This document shows positions 19,814 through 28,011 of a stretch of DNA of 64,000 nt, piece after piece; positions within the stretch are counted from its first letter, which is position 1, and every line of letters begins with the position of its first letter. Under the pieces are notes generated by a model. It had not been told where the DNA came from and did no database searches. It saw only the letters and a program-made list of their open reading frames with translations. Both the position numbers and the translations under genes were made by a program. The stretch is from Verrucomicrobiia bacterium (GTDB taxonomy: Bacteria; Verrucomicrobiota; Verrucomicrobiia; Palsa-1439). The stretch covers positions 5,220-69,219 of the forward strand of contig DATLVI010000027.1 of assembly GCA_035577545.1 (NCBI GenBank). The letters run 5' to 3'.

Positions 19814-21256
19814 TTACTGGGTGGTGACCCGATAGAACCTGTTCGGGTCCTTGACCACATCGAATGTCGAATTTGTTAGCCCGTCTCCCGGGATGACCGG
19901 GCCGAAACTCTTCCACGCGTGACTCACAAGGTTTGTTGTCAAATCAACATCGTCGAACCGCACCGCACCGCCCGGACTGAACCCGACCACGATTTCCAAA
20001 ACCTGGATGAATGCCGCGTTTGGCGGCGCGGTAGCGCGGGCGTGGAGGAACAGCCACGAATCCCGGGGACTGCTGAAGGTAACATGCGCTGATTCGATAC
20101 CGGCGTTGCCACCCGTTACGATCCCGCCGATCGCATTGGTGTCTGGATTCACCGGTTGCAGGAGGGTACCGCTGGCGTTCTGCCAGATGAACTTCAGCAA
20201 GCCGAACGTGTTATTGCCACTGGGTATGGGGAAATCCGTCGATGAGACATACGCATACCCAGTGAAGTCCCAAACCTGTCCGGGCGACACGGCGATGGGG
20301 TTCGTGCTGCCCATCTGGCCTTGGAATACCACGGGAACGGCCGTGGTGCTATCGAACAGCCGCAACGCGCCGAGACCGCTGTGAGTGGGATTCGGGGACG
20401 ACGAGACCTGCTTCTGACCGCCATTTGCTGTAGTCCATGCGGGGACCGTGTTATTATTGGCCGCGTTGCTCACGGCATTCGCATCAAAGCTGGCATTCAA
20501 CAGGAAGTTCGGTGTGTTTTGCGGAGGCAAATTTCCCTCCACCAGGTTGGTGTGGGTCTGGATCTGGTAGTGGACGCTGTTGGTCAGCGGCTGCGTCGGC
20601 CAGGAAACCTGAACGGCTGCCGAAACTGTCACTGAATTCGTGCTGTTCACACCTGTAGGCTGATACAGATTCATGTCGTCCCACCAGACTGAGCCGCCTT
20701 GGCCGGCTTGTCCCACATGGGCCACCTGGGCACGCACCGTGGCAGTGCCGGCAGGGGCGACTCCGTCCACTTCAATGAACTGCCAGGTGTCGATTGGAAA
20801 CGGTACATCCTGGCCAAGATGCGGTGTCGAAGATACCTGGAGGACGTTGCCGGTTCCGCCGGTGCTATCCAGGAAAACGAGTGACGCGACGCCATACGCA
20901 TCCGCACCTGATAATAGATCGTTTTGCCAGTTCAGCGCATAGCCCGTCAACCGCCACGATTGACCGGCGCTGGCGGAAAAACTTTGATAAGCGCCTGATG
21001 CGTCAAGGGTGGGTCCGAATGGCCCGAATGTCTTGAGCGAATACGCACCGCTATGGGCCGTAATGCCGAAATTGGAGTCATTGGTTCCCGTGCGGAAGCC
21101 GTCATTGAACACGACCCAGCTATCGGGAATGTTGGTGGTTCCTGTTTCGAAACCCGGGTTCGACAGCAAATTTGCGTGGGCTGCAAACGCAGTCAACACA
21201 AGTACACTGAACACGACACCCAGGCGGCAAATGATCGTACTGGCGCGCTTCTCCAT
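19814..21256 (-). CDS. secreted protein with two CBM-like jelly-roll domains and FYRV C-terminal tail
   Basis: MEKR start follows RBS AAGGGAGA. Signal peptide, then NLLSNPGFETGT...AHSGAYSLKTFGPF...GSVWWDDMNLY. The protein ends ...DPNRFYRVTTQ. Confidence 0.7.
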   Translation of the reverse strand: MEKRASTIICRLGVVFSVLVLTAFAAHANLLSNPGFETGTTNIPDSWVVFNDGFRTGTNDSNFGITAHSGAYSLKTFGPFGPTLDASGAYQSFSASAGQSWRLTGYALNWQNDLLSGADAYGVASLVFLDSTGGTGNVLQVSSTPHLGQDVPFPIDTWQFIEVDGVAPAGTATVRAQVAHVGQAGQGGSVWWDDMNLYQPTGVNSTNSVTVSAAVQVSWPTQPLTNSVHYQIQTHTNLVEGNLPPQNTPNFLLNASFDANAVSNAANNNTVPAWTTANGGQKQVSSSPNPTHSGLGALRLFDSTTAVPVVFQGQMGSTNPIAVSPGQVWDFTGYAYVSSTDFPIPSGNNTFGLLKFIWQNASGTLLQPVNPDTNAIGGIVTGGNAGIESAHVTFSSPRDSWLFLHARATAPPNAAFIQVLEIVVGFSPGGAVRFDDVDLTTNLVSHAWKSFGPVIPGDGLTNSTFDVVKDPNRFYRVTTQ

Positions 21257-21305
21257 ACCTATTGATCTCCCTTCTGCTTGCATCATCATCTCGTCCCGAA
21301 TTCTC

Positions 21306-22271
21306 TTATTGTGATTGTATTACACGATAGAACTTGTGCTTGAAACCGAACACGCAATTCGTATTGCCGTCGCCTGGTAGCAGCGTTCCGATGCTCGTCC
21401 ACGACACGTTGTCATCACTGAACTGGGGTTGATAGGACGCGTTGACCACCGTGGGCCAGCAAGCCTGATTCCCCCCTACAATAGCGGCATCGACCAGGTT
21501 CGTCACAATCGGCGGCGGCGGAAGGGCCGTGCCGGTATTCGTAATCGACATGTCGTCCCAAAACATCGAACCCAAGGCTCCGCTCATCCCGACATGCAGC
21601 GCCCACGCCCCGACCGAAACCGTTCCCGGCGGCGCAGTTCCCGTCACCGAGCAGCTTATCCAAGCGTTCTGGACGGTGCCCGTATCGAGATGCGGGCCAT
21701 CGATTGCCGCGCCAATGAGGGCATTCGTGACATCGTAAAAGGCAATCTGAATTAGTCCAAACCCTACCACGCCTATACCAAAGTCCTGCATTGGATCGCC
21801 CGACCAGTTGAACCCGTACCCGCTCACCACCCAGATCGTATTGTTACTGACCGCCGGCACCGCGTTACTGGAGAGAAGCTGGCTGGCCCCGGAGCCGACG
21901 CAGCAGACGTTGGGGAATGGGCCGAAGGTACGCAGAGAGGCTCCGCCCGAACGGGCAGTGTTCGTGGATCCTGATTGGTTGACGCCCATGAAGTCATAGC
22001 CGGTCGATGCATCCTCGTAAGTGCCCTGCTGTGGACTATTGGTTGACGTCCGAGCGGCAAATGCACCCCCGTTCGGCGTCCAACCAGCGGCGAAAGTGTT
22101 CGAGATGATGGGGAAAGCACCGTCCCCTGCATCTGGGAACGTGTAATTTGTCCCCGTCGTTTCAAAACCTGGGTTGGTGAGTTGTTGTGCGTGGGCTGCT
22201 AGTGCAGCGAAAGAAAATGCGATGATTATCACACAGCAGCGGCAAACGTTTGCCATAATGCGCTTCTCCAT
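21306..22271 (-). CDS. secreted CBM-like jelly-roll protein with FYRV C-terminal tail
   Basis: MEKR start follows RBS GGGAAGGA. Signal peptide, then QQLTNPGFETTGTN...GSMFWDDMSI. The protein ends ...HKFYRVIQSQ. Confidence 0.7.
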   Translation of the reverse strand: MEKRIMANVCRCCVIIIAFSFAALAAHAQQLTNPGFETTGTNYTFPDAGDGAFPIISNTFAAGWTPNGGAFAARTSTNSPQQGTYEDASTGYDFMGVNQSGSTNTARSGGASLRTFGPFPNVCCVGSGASQLLSSNAVPAVSNNTIWVVSGYGFNWSGDPMQDFGIGVVGFGLIQIAFYDVTNALIGAAIDGPHLDTGTVQNAWISCSVTGTAPPGTVSVGAWALHVGMSGALGSMFWDDMSITNTGTALPPPPIVTNLVDAAIVGGNQACWPTVVNASYQPQFSDDNVSWTSIGTLLPGDGNTNCVFGFKHKFYRVIQSQ

Positions 22272-22322
22272 ACGTTCCATTCCTTCCCGTTTGGTTCCTG
22301 TGATTCTTACCTATCCCGTGTA

Positions 22323-22356
22323 TGCAAATGATTGCACAGCGCTGGAAAAGTGTCAA
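22323..22356 (-). promoter_or_regulatory. candidate promoter: TTGACA (22351-22356) - N14 - operator TGCAAATGATTGCA (22323-22336)
   Basis: Same architecture as 15854-15887. The operator lies 52 nt upstream of ATG 22271. Confidence 0.55.
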
Positions 22357-22478
22357 CATCAATCGCAAATTTCCTCTTTTTGATATCATGCTATGGTCTC
22401 TCCTGCATCATATCCTGCAGGGGTTCATAGTGTGTCCGTGTATCTGCAAATCATCTACTGCAAACTGAAAGTTATGCT

Positions 22479-22495
22479 TGCAATCGTTTGTTGCA
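22479..22495. promoter_or_regulatory. auxiliary operator-like site TGCAATCGTTTGTTGCA just upstream of lacI-family gene
   Basis: Shares the 12-mer TGCAATCGTTTG with 16011-16022. Lies 156 bp from the primary operator and 30-46 nt upstream of the regulator ATG at 22525. Confidence 0.45.
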
Positions 22496-22524
22496 TCAGT
22501 AATACTAACTGCCATCGGAGCCCA

Positions 22525-23580
22525 ATGAAAGAGCTTGGAACCATGAGACTCAAGGACATCGCGGAGAAACTTAACGTTTCTATTTCCACCGTGTCGCGGG
22601 CGCTCGGCAAAGACACCAGCGACAAAGTTGCACCCGACTTGCGGGCCAAGATTCGTGAGACGGCTCGCCAGGTCAACTATGTGCCGCATCCGGCCGCCCA
22701 GTTGATGCGCAAACCAAAAGTCCATTTGATAACAGCGCTGCTGCCGTTTGAAACAGGTGCTTTCGTCAGCGAGTTTTACGGTGCCGTTCTATCGGGCGTG
22801 GTGGCGGCGTCCCGCGAGTGGGAGACCGAGACCCGCGTGGCCCTTGTCGACCCGAACGATGTCGATATCCTCGAAGAAATGCGCCGGGTAGCGATCGGTG
22901 CCGGGGCGATTTTTTACATGGCAAAACCACTGTCCGTCCGCCAGCTCGTCAAACTGGAAGATCTGGCGCGGCCAATCGTTGTCATGGGAGGCAGTCTCCC
23001 GGCGCATGTCGATCTATCGGAGGTCCATGTCAGCACCGTCGGCGTCAACAATTTGCTGGCCTCCCACGACGTAACCGTCCGCCTTCTGGAACTGGGCCAT
23101 CGTCGCCTGGCCTTGATCAACGGTCCGACAAGCGTTCGCGATGCCTGGGAGCGGGAACAGGGATTCGTCAAGGCATTGAAAGAGTACAACGTGCCTCTCG
23201 ATCCCCGCGCCGTTGTTCATGTAACCTTTACGACCGAGGGTGGGGTCCAGGGCTGGGAACAACTGAAATCGTGTTCCGAGCGTCCTTCAGCCGTTATCTG
23301 CGGGGACGATGAGATCGCGTTCGGCGTTTTGGATGCGCTGGCGAAGGAGAAGATTGATTGCCCCCAGGAAGTGTCCGTAGTGGGATTTGATGATTCACGC
23401 TGGGCGCCGCGAGTTACGCCGGCCCTGACGACGGTGCGTCAACCCACTGCGGAAATGGGACGCGCAGCGGTCGAATTATTGGCCACGCATTTGCGGAACC
23501 CATCCAATGGGGCTGGTATCGAACACCGTGTTTTCCCGGTGGAAGTCGTGAACCGCCAATCAGTCGCGCCACCGCCGTAG
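22525..23580 (+). CDS. LacI/GalR-family transcriptional regulator
   Basis: N-terminal HTH MRLKDIAEKLNVSISTVSRAL is followed by a periplasmic-binding-protein-like sugar-binding core. The start could be 22525 or 22543. Confidence 0.85.
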   Translation: MKELGTMRLKDIAEKLNVSISTVSRALGKDTSDKVAPDLRAKIRETARQVNYVPHPAAQLMRKPKVHLITALLPFETGAFVSEFYGAVLSGVVAASREWETETRVALVDPNDVDILEEMRRVAIGAGAIFYMAKPLSVRQLVKLEDLARPIVVMGGSLPAHVDLSEVHVSTVGVNNLLASHDVTVRLLELGHRRLALINGPTSVRDAWEREQGFVKALKEYNVPLDPRAVVHVTFTTEGGVQGWEQLKSCSERPSAVICGDDEIAFGVLDALAKEKIDCPQEVSVVGFDDSRWAPRVTPALTTVRQPTAEMGRAAVELLATHLRNPSNGAGIEHRVFPVEVVNRQSVAPPP

Positions 23581-23636
23581 CGTAACCATCTCACAAGCCG
23601 CAGCGCTGGGCAACGTGGCACGGATGGGTGATTGAT

Positions 23637-25631
23637 ATGGCTCTACGTAGTGCCTTCCGAGTTCGGTTGGCTTGGGCCTGTTTTGCGGGCACCATTGTTA
23701 CGCCTGCTGGCATGACCACTGTGCTCGCCGCGTCCAGCATCGTCTTCACCTCGGTGCCCCCGTACGGATCCTTCAACAACCTCCAGGGAATCGTCCACGG
23801 CGTCAATCCGGCGAATTATCGCGTGGCCGTCTTTATCAATGTCAATGGCGCGGGCTGGTTTACCAAGCCCACCTGTGGTGCGCCGTTGACCACCATCCAG
23901 CCGGATGGAACGTGGACAGCCGATATCACCACCGGTGGCAGCGATCAGGACGCGACGCAGATCGCCGCGTACGTGGTGCCGGCCAACTTCAATCAACCTT
24001 GTGTTACCAACGTCTTTTGCATTCCAGATGCGGTCACGCAGCCGGCGATCGCCAATACTCTCGTCACGCGCCTCGACCCGGCCACGCGCGGCTTTCACTG
24101 GTCCGGTTTCGATTGGCGGGTCAAGGCCAGCACCTCCCCGGTCGGACCCGGCCCGAATTATTTCTCCGACAGCACCAACAATGTTTCCATCGACGCGCAG
24201 GTCCGATTGCACCTGCGCATCACCCATGTCGCCGGTCTCTGGCAATGCGCTGAAATTGTCCTGCAACGGACCCTGGGTTATGGCACGTACGCTTATCACA
24301 TTGCTTCGCCGGTGGATGCGCTCGACCCCCATCTTGTGCTCGGCCTTTTTACGTGGAGTGATCAGCCGGCCTACACGAACCGCGAGATGGACTTCGAAGG
24401 TGGCCGCTGGAGTTACCCCGGCGATTATCAGGACGCGCAGTTTGTCCGACAACCGTATTACCTGCCCGGCCAGCTCGTGCGCTATCGCATTCCGCCGTTC
24501 GCGACCAATTCCATCCCCTCCATGAACTGGCAAACCAATGCGATCAACTTCCTCTGCACCACAGGAATGACGGCAGTTGTCGCAGTCCCGCCCAACGCGT
24601 TGCTCAACCCGGGCTTCGAGCTGGGGACCGGGTCGACCGCCAGCAACTGGACGCAATTCGGCTCCGTCTTCCGCACTTCCACCAATGATATCGGCTCCCC
24701 GCTTATTGCCCTGGCCGGCGCGTATTCCCTGAAAATGTTCGGCCCGTTCAACGCTACTCCGGGCTCCTCGGGCGCATTCCAAAACCTCAGCGCAAGCCCC
24801 GGCCAGACCTGGCGAACCACGGGGTTCGCGTTCAATTGGTCCGGCGACCCGATGACGCAGACTGGCGGATACGGGGTCGCTCAATTGATCTTCCTCGATG
24901 CCGGCAATAACCAACTGCAGGTGAACGAATCGCAACATTTCGATCCCACGACCCAACAGGATGCATGGCAGTATTTCCAGGTGACCTCCACCGCGCCTGC
25001 CGGGACAACGGCCGTCCGCGTCCAGTTGTTGCACGTCGGCCAGGCGGGCATCAGCGGGTCCGTCTGGTGGGACAGCGTTTCGGCGGCAGTCACGCCTGAC
25101 ACCCGCAGCATCGCGCAGTGGACTTTCACGCGCGATGTGCCCCCCAGTTGCGACGAGAATGTCGACTGGAATTTGTGGCTCATCAATGGGTGGACGAACT
25201 CCCCGGCAAACGGACAGGAAGCCGAGATCATTATGGACCGTTTCGAGTTCATCCCCAACGACACCGATCGCGACGGAATGCCCGATGCGTGGGAACTCGC
25301 CCACGGGCTCAACCCGAACGATCCCTCGGACGCCGCGAGGGACGACGACGGCGATGGCTTCTCGAATCTTCAGGAGTATCTGGCCGGCACCGACCCGGCC
25401 GATCCTGCCAGCGCTCCCAAAATCGTCGCCCTCAGCGTTACGGGAACGAACACCCTCATAACTTTCTCGACAGCCTTGGACAAATCCTACGCGATCGACA
25501 CCGCAAGCAGCCTGTCTCCGCCCAATTGGACCACCCTGACCCAGAACGTGGCCGGCACCGGCAACAACCTGCAAATCCCCATCGCCACCAACGCCCCGGC
25601 CCTCTTCTACCGCGTGCGGTTGCTGCCTTGA
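23637..25631 (+). CDS. secreted multidomain protein: GH16-like (ExDxE) + CBM-like jelly-roll + TSP3-type Ca-binding repeats + FYRV tail
   Basis: NREMDFEGG matches the ExDxE motif. ALLNPGFELGTGS...AGAYSLKMFGPF...GSVWWDS is paralogous to the genes starting at 21256 and 22271. Also DTDRDGMPDAWE...DDDGDGFSNLQEYLAGTDP, and the protein ends ALFYRVRLLP. GTG 23628 is an alternative start. Confidence 0.65.
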   Translation: MALRSAFRVRLAWACFAGTIVTPAGMTTVLAASSIVFTSVPPYGSFNNLQGIVHGVNPANYRVAVFINVNGAGWFTKPTCGAPLTTIQPDGTWTADITTGGSDQDATQIAAYVVPANFNQPCVTNVFCIPDAVTQPAIANTLVTRLDPATRGFHWSGFDWRVKASTSPVGPGPNYFSDSTNNVSIDAQVRLHLRITHVAGLWQCAEIVLQRTLGYGTYAYHIASPVDALDPHLVLGLFTWSDQPAYTNREMDFEGGRWSYPGDYQDAQFVRQPYYLPGQLVRYRIPPFATNSIPSMNWQTNAINFLCTTGMTAVVAVPPNALLNPGFELGTGSTASNWTQFGSVFRTSTNDIGSPLIALAGAYSLKMFGPFNATPGSSGAFQNLSASPGQTWRTTGFAFNWSGDPMTQTGGYGVAQLIFLDAGNNQLQVNESQHFDPTTQQDAWQYFQVTSTAPAGTTAVRVQLLHVGQAGISGSVWWDSVSAAVTPDTRSIAQWTFTRDVPPSCDENVDWNLWLINGWTNSPANGQEAEIIMDRFEFIPNDTDRDGMPDAWELAHGLNPNDPSDAARDDDGDGFSNLQEYLAGTDPADPASAPKIVALSVTGTNTLITFSTALDKSYAIDTASSLSPPNWTTLTQNVAGTGNNLQIPIATNAPALFYRVRLLP

Positions 25632-25728
25632 TTGTGTAAAGGGAATGTAAAAATCAAAGCAGTCTACCCGAATTGTTTCGACTTACAGCATTGCTTCACT
25701 ACTCTTCTCTCTGGAGACTGAAGACGTA

Positions 25729-26364
25729 ATGAAAACGAAGTTATTCCTATTGCCGCTTTCTGTCCTCACGCTGCTCACTTTCTCTGCCATTTCCACGCGT
25801 TCGCAAACCGTCATCACCTTCGACGATATCCCCTTAAACAACGGTACTGGAGTATTTCTTGCGAACAACTACCACGGGTTGGTGTGGACCAATTGCGCAG
25901 TCGGCAATGGCATTCTGAGTCCCAGCAATGCTCCCTTTCATATCACGAACGGTTATTATTACGGAGTCGTGTCAGCCTCTAACGTAGCCATTCTAGGCTA
26001 CAATGGTTCCTCAGAGATCGATTCACCCAGCACGAATTTTAATTTTCTGAGTGCGTACTTCACCGGCGGTTGGAACAGCAACCTGAATATCAAAGTCCAG
26101 GGATTTAATGGCGCCAACTTGCTGTACGATACAACGGTCGTACCCGGTGCGACCAACCCAAGTTTGTTCACCTTTAACTATTCGGATATCAACCGCCTTT
26201 ACTTTATTTCCTCTGGCGGCCTGTCGGCCTTTGGTGGCATTGTAGACGCCGGTTTTGCCATGGACAATTTCACGTTCGAGTTGGTGCCGGAACCTTCCTC
26301 GCTTCTGCTGGCCGCCGCCGGCGCGCTGCTGCTCTGCCCCCTCCTCAAACGCAAGCGGGTGTAG
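25729..26364 (+). CDS. PEP-CTERM sorting-domain protein
   Basis: Signal peptide. The C-terminus is VPEPSSLLLAAAGALLLCPLLKRKRV. The gene looks lower in GC than its neighbours by eye. Confidence 0.8.
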   Translation: MKTKLFLLPLSVLTLLTFSAISTRSQTVITFDDIPLNNGTGVFLANNYHGLVWTNCAVGNGILSPSNAPFHITNGYYYGVVSASNVAILGYNGSSEIDSPSTNFNFLSAYFTGGWNSNLNIKVQGFNGANLLYDTTVVPGATNPSLFTFNYSDINRLYFISSGGLSAFGGIVDAGFAMDNFTFELVPEPSSLLLAAAGALLLCPLLKRKRV

Positions 26365-26502
26365 TTCGTCTTCGTCGGAGCGGCAGACCTCTTGCGTGCG
26401 CAAAATTCCACTCAAATGATATATTATAATCGCGACGGTTGCGTCGAAATCGGTTCGTGCGGAATTTTACTTCGCGCAGATTCTTGGATAGATTGAAACC
26501 CT

Positions 26503-27537
26503 ATGCCAGTCGAGTTCAAGGACTACTACGAGATTCTGGGTGTGCCGCGCACGGCAACCCAAGAGGAGATTCGCCGCGCTTTCCGCAAGCTCGCCCTGAA
26601 GTACCATCCCGACGTCGCCAAGGACAAGACGAACGCCGAGGAGCGGTTCAAGGAACTCAACGAAGCCAACGAAGTCCTAAGCGATCCCGAAAAGCGCAAG
26701 AAGTACGACGCGTTGGGCGCGAATTGGAAGCAAGGTGAAGAATTCCGTCCGCCGCCGAACTGGCAGGAGCAGTTCGGTGGACGGACTCCGGGCGCGGGTG
26801 CGGAAGGCGGTTTCGAATTTCATTTCGATGGGACCGGTTTCAGCGACTTCTTTGAGAACTTCTTCGGCATGCACGGTGGAGGAGTTGGGTCTGCGCATCG
26901 CGGCGGCTTCGACGACGAGGCGTTCTCCCAACGCGGACGCGATGTCGAAGCCGACCTCATGGTGACGATGGAGGAAGCCCTGCGTGGTTCAACCCGCTCC
27001 GTTTCCCTTCGGCGGCTCGTCCCGTGCGACCAGTGTGGCGGAACCGGCCAGGTCAACAAAAAGATTTGTCCCAAATGTAAAGGCAGGGGCCAGACCGAGC
27101 GCACGGAAACCTATCAGGTGAAAATCCCCGCCGGCGTTTACGAAGGTCAACTCCTCCGATTGGGCGGACAGGGCGAGCGAGCGGGTGATGGACAGTCCGG
27201 GGACCTGTTTCTGCGTCTCCGCTTCGCGAAACACCCTCGCTACCGGGTCGAGGATGGCGATCTGTTTTATGATCTGAATATCGCGCCCTGGGACGCCGTC
27301 CTGGGCACAACCGTCCCCGTGCCGCTGCTCGATGGTCAGGCGAATCTGAAGGTCCCCGCTGGCGCGCGAAACAACCAGCGCTTCCGACTCCGTGGAAAAG
27401 GCATCCCGCAACGAGGTGGCGGACGTGGCGACCTGTTCGTCGTCCTGCACATCCAGGTGCCCGAACACGTTGGCGAACGCGAACGCACCTTGTGGGAACA
27501 ACTCCGTCGCGAATCGACTGCTGATCGGAAAGGATAA
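26503..27537 (+). CDS. DnaJ-class J-domain co-chaperone (CbpA-like, single Zn centre)
   Basis: J domain DYYEILGV...KYHPD. Only two CxxCxGxG motifs are present ([16 protein letters not shown]), followed by DnaJ C-terminal domains. Confidence 0.85.
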   Translation: MPVEFKDYYEILGVPRTATQEEIRRAFRKLALKYHPDVAKDKTNAEERFKELNEANEVLSDPEKRKKYDALGANWKQGEEFRPPPNWQEQFGGRTPGAGAEGGFEFHFDGTGFSDFFENFFGMHGGGVGSAHRGGFDDEAFSQRGRDVEADLMVTMEEALRGSTRSVSLRRLVPCDQCGGTGQVNKKICPKCKGRGQTERTETYQVKIPAGVYEGQLLRLGGQGERAGDGQSGDLFLRLRFAKHPRYRVEDGDLFYDLNIAPWDAVLGTTVPVPLLDGQANLKVPAGARNNQRFRLRGKGIPQRGGGRGDLFVVLHIQVPEHVGERERTLWEQLRRESTADRKG

Positions 27538-27541
27538 CCTC

Positions 27542-27850
27542 ATGAATGGATCCACCACGACCCAGCTCACTATCGTCCGACTCCACGTCCACTACCCTTC
27601 CCGTGACACGGTTTACGACCTGGACACGCTGGCTCGCCTGGCCGACGTGCATCCCGCTCTTGTTTCCCAGTATGTCCGGCGCGGGTTGCTCGACCCTCTG
27701 GACGATCGGGATGAACGCGAATGGCGGTTTGACGATGGCTCCCTGCGCCTCCTCCGCCGAATCCAGCGACTCCGCAGCGAACTCGGCGTCAATATCAACG
27801 GCGTCGCCGTCATCCTGGAATTGCTGCAACAGATTGAAGACCTCCGCTAG
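27542..27850 (+). CDS. MerR-like chaperone-modulator protein (CbpM/HspR-like)
   Basis: Starts 4 nt after the DnaJ-like stop. YDLDTLARLADVHPALVSQYVRRGLL is a MerR-type HTH, followed by a short coiled C-terminus. Confidence 0.65.
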   Translation: MNGSTTTQLTIVRLHVHYPSRDTVYDLDTLARLADVHPALVSQYVRRGLLDPLDDRDEREWRFDDGSLRLLRRIQRLRSELGVNINGVAVILELLQQIEDLR

Positions 27851-27880
27851 GAAACGGCCCGGCTTCGCGAAGAATTAAGT

Positions 27881-27951
27881 TGACTCCCTCGTCTCCCGAG
27901 GTTTAACAATCTGGCGTTCGGGCGAGGTCTTGAGTCAGATGGCTGTTTTTT
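27881..27951 (+). terminator. long imperfect hairpin plus T6 run downstream of the DnaJ/MerR pair
   Basis: TGACTC/CCTCG/CCCGA pair with TTCGGG/CGAGG/GAGTCA (27881-27937). A T-run follows at 27946-27951. Confidence 0.45.
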
Positions 27952-28011
27952 CCACAAAAACTATCGCCATAACTGAAAACCAGTATTCAGTAATACGAAA
28001 GGGACAAGGTT

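Noticed and set aside
23643-25574. 643-aa minus-strand ORF
   Set aside because: It is antisense to the 23637-25631 gene. The product is Arg/Gly/Pro-rich low-complexity sequence with no motifs, typical of a high-GC shadow ORF. The plus-strand product has clear domains (ExDxE, CBM-like, TSP3).
26380-26440. HspR-type HAIR operator (CTTGAGT-N7-ACTCAAG) upstream of the DnaJ-like gene
   Set aside because: Only CTTGCGT...ACTCAAA separated by about 12 nt is present. The spacing and half-sites do not fit. A short TTGCG-TG-CGCAA palindrome and a TATAAT box exist but cannot be assigned.
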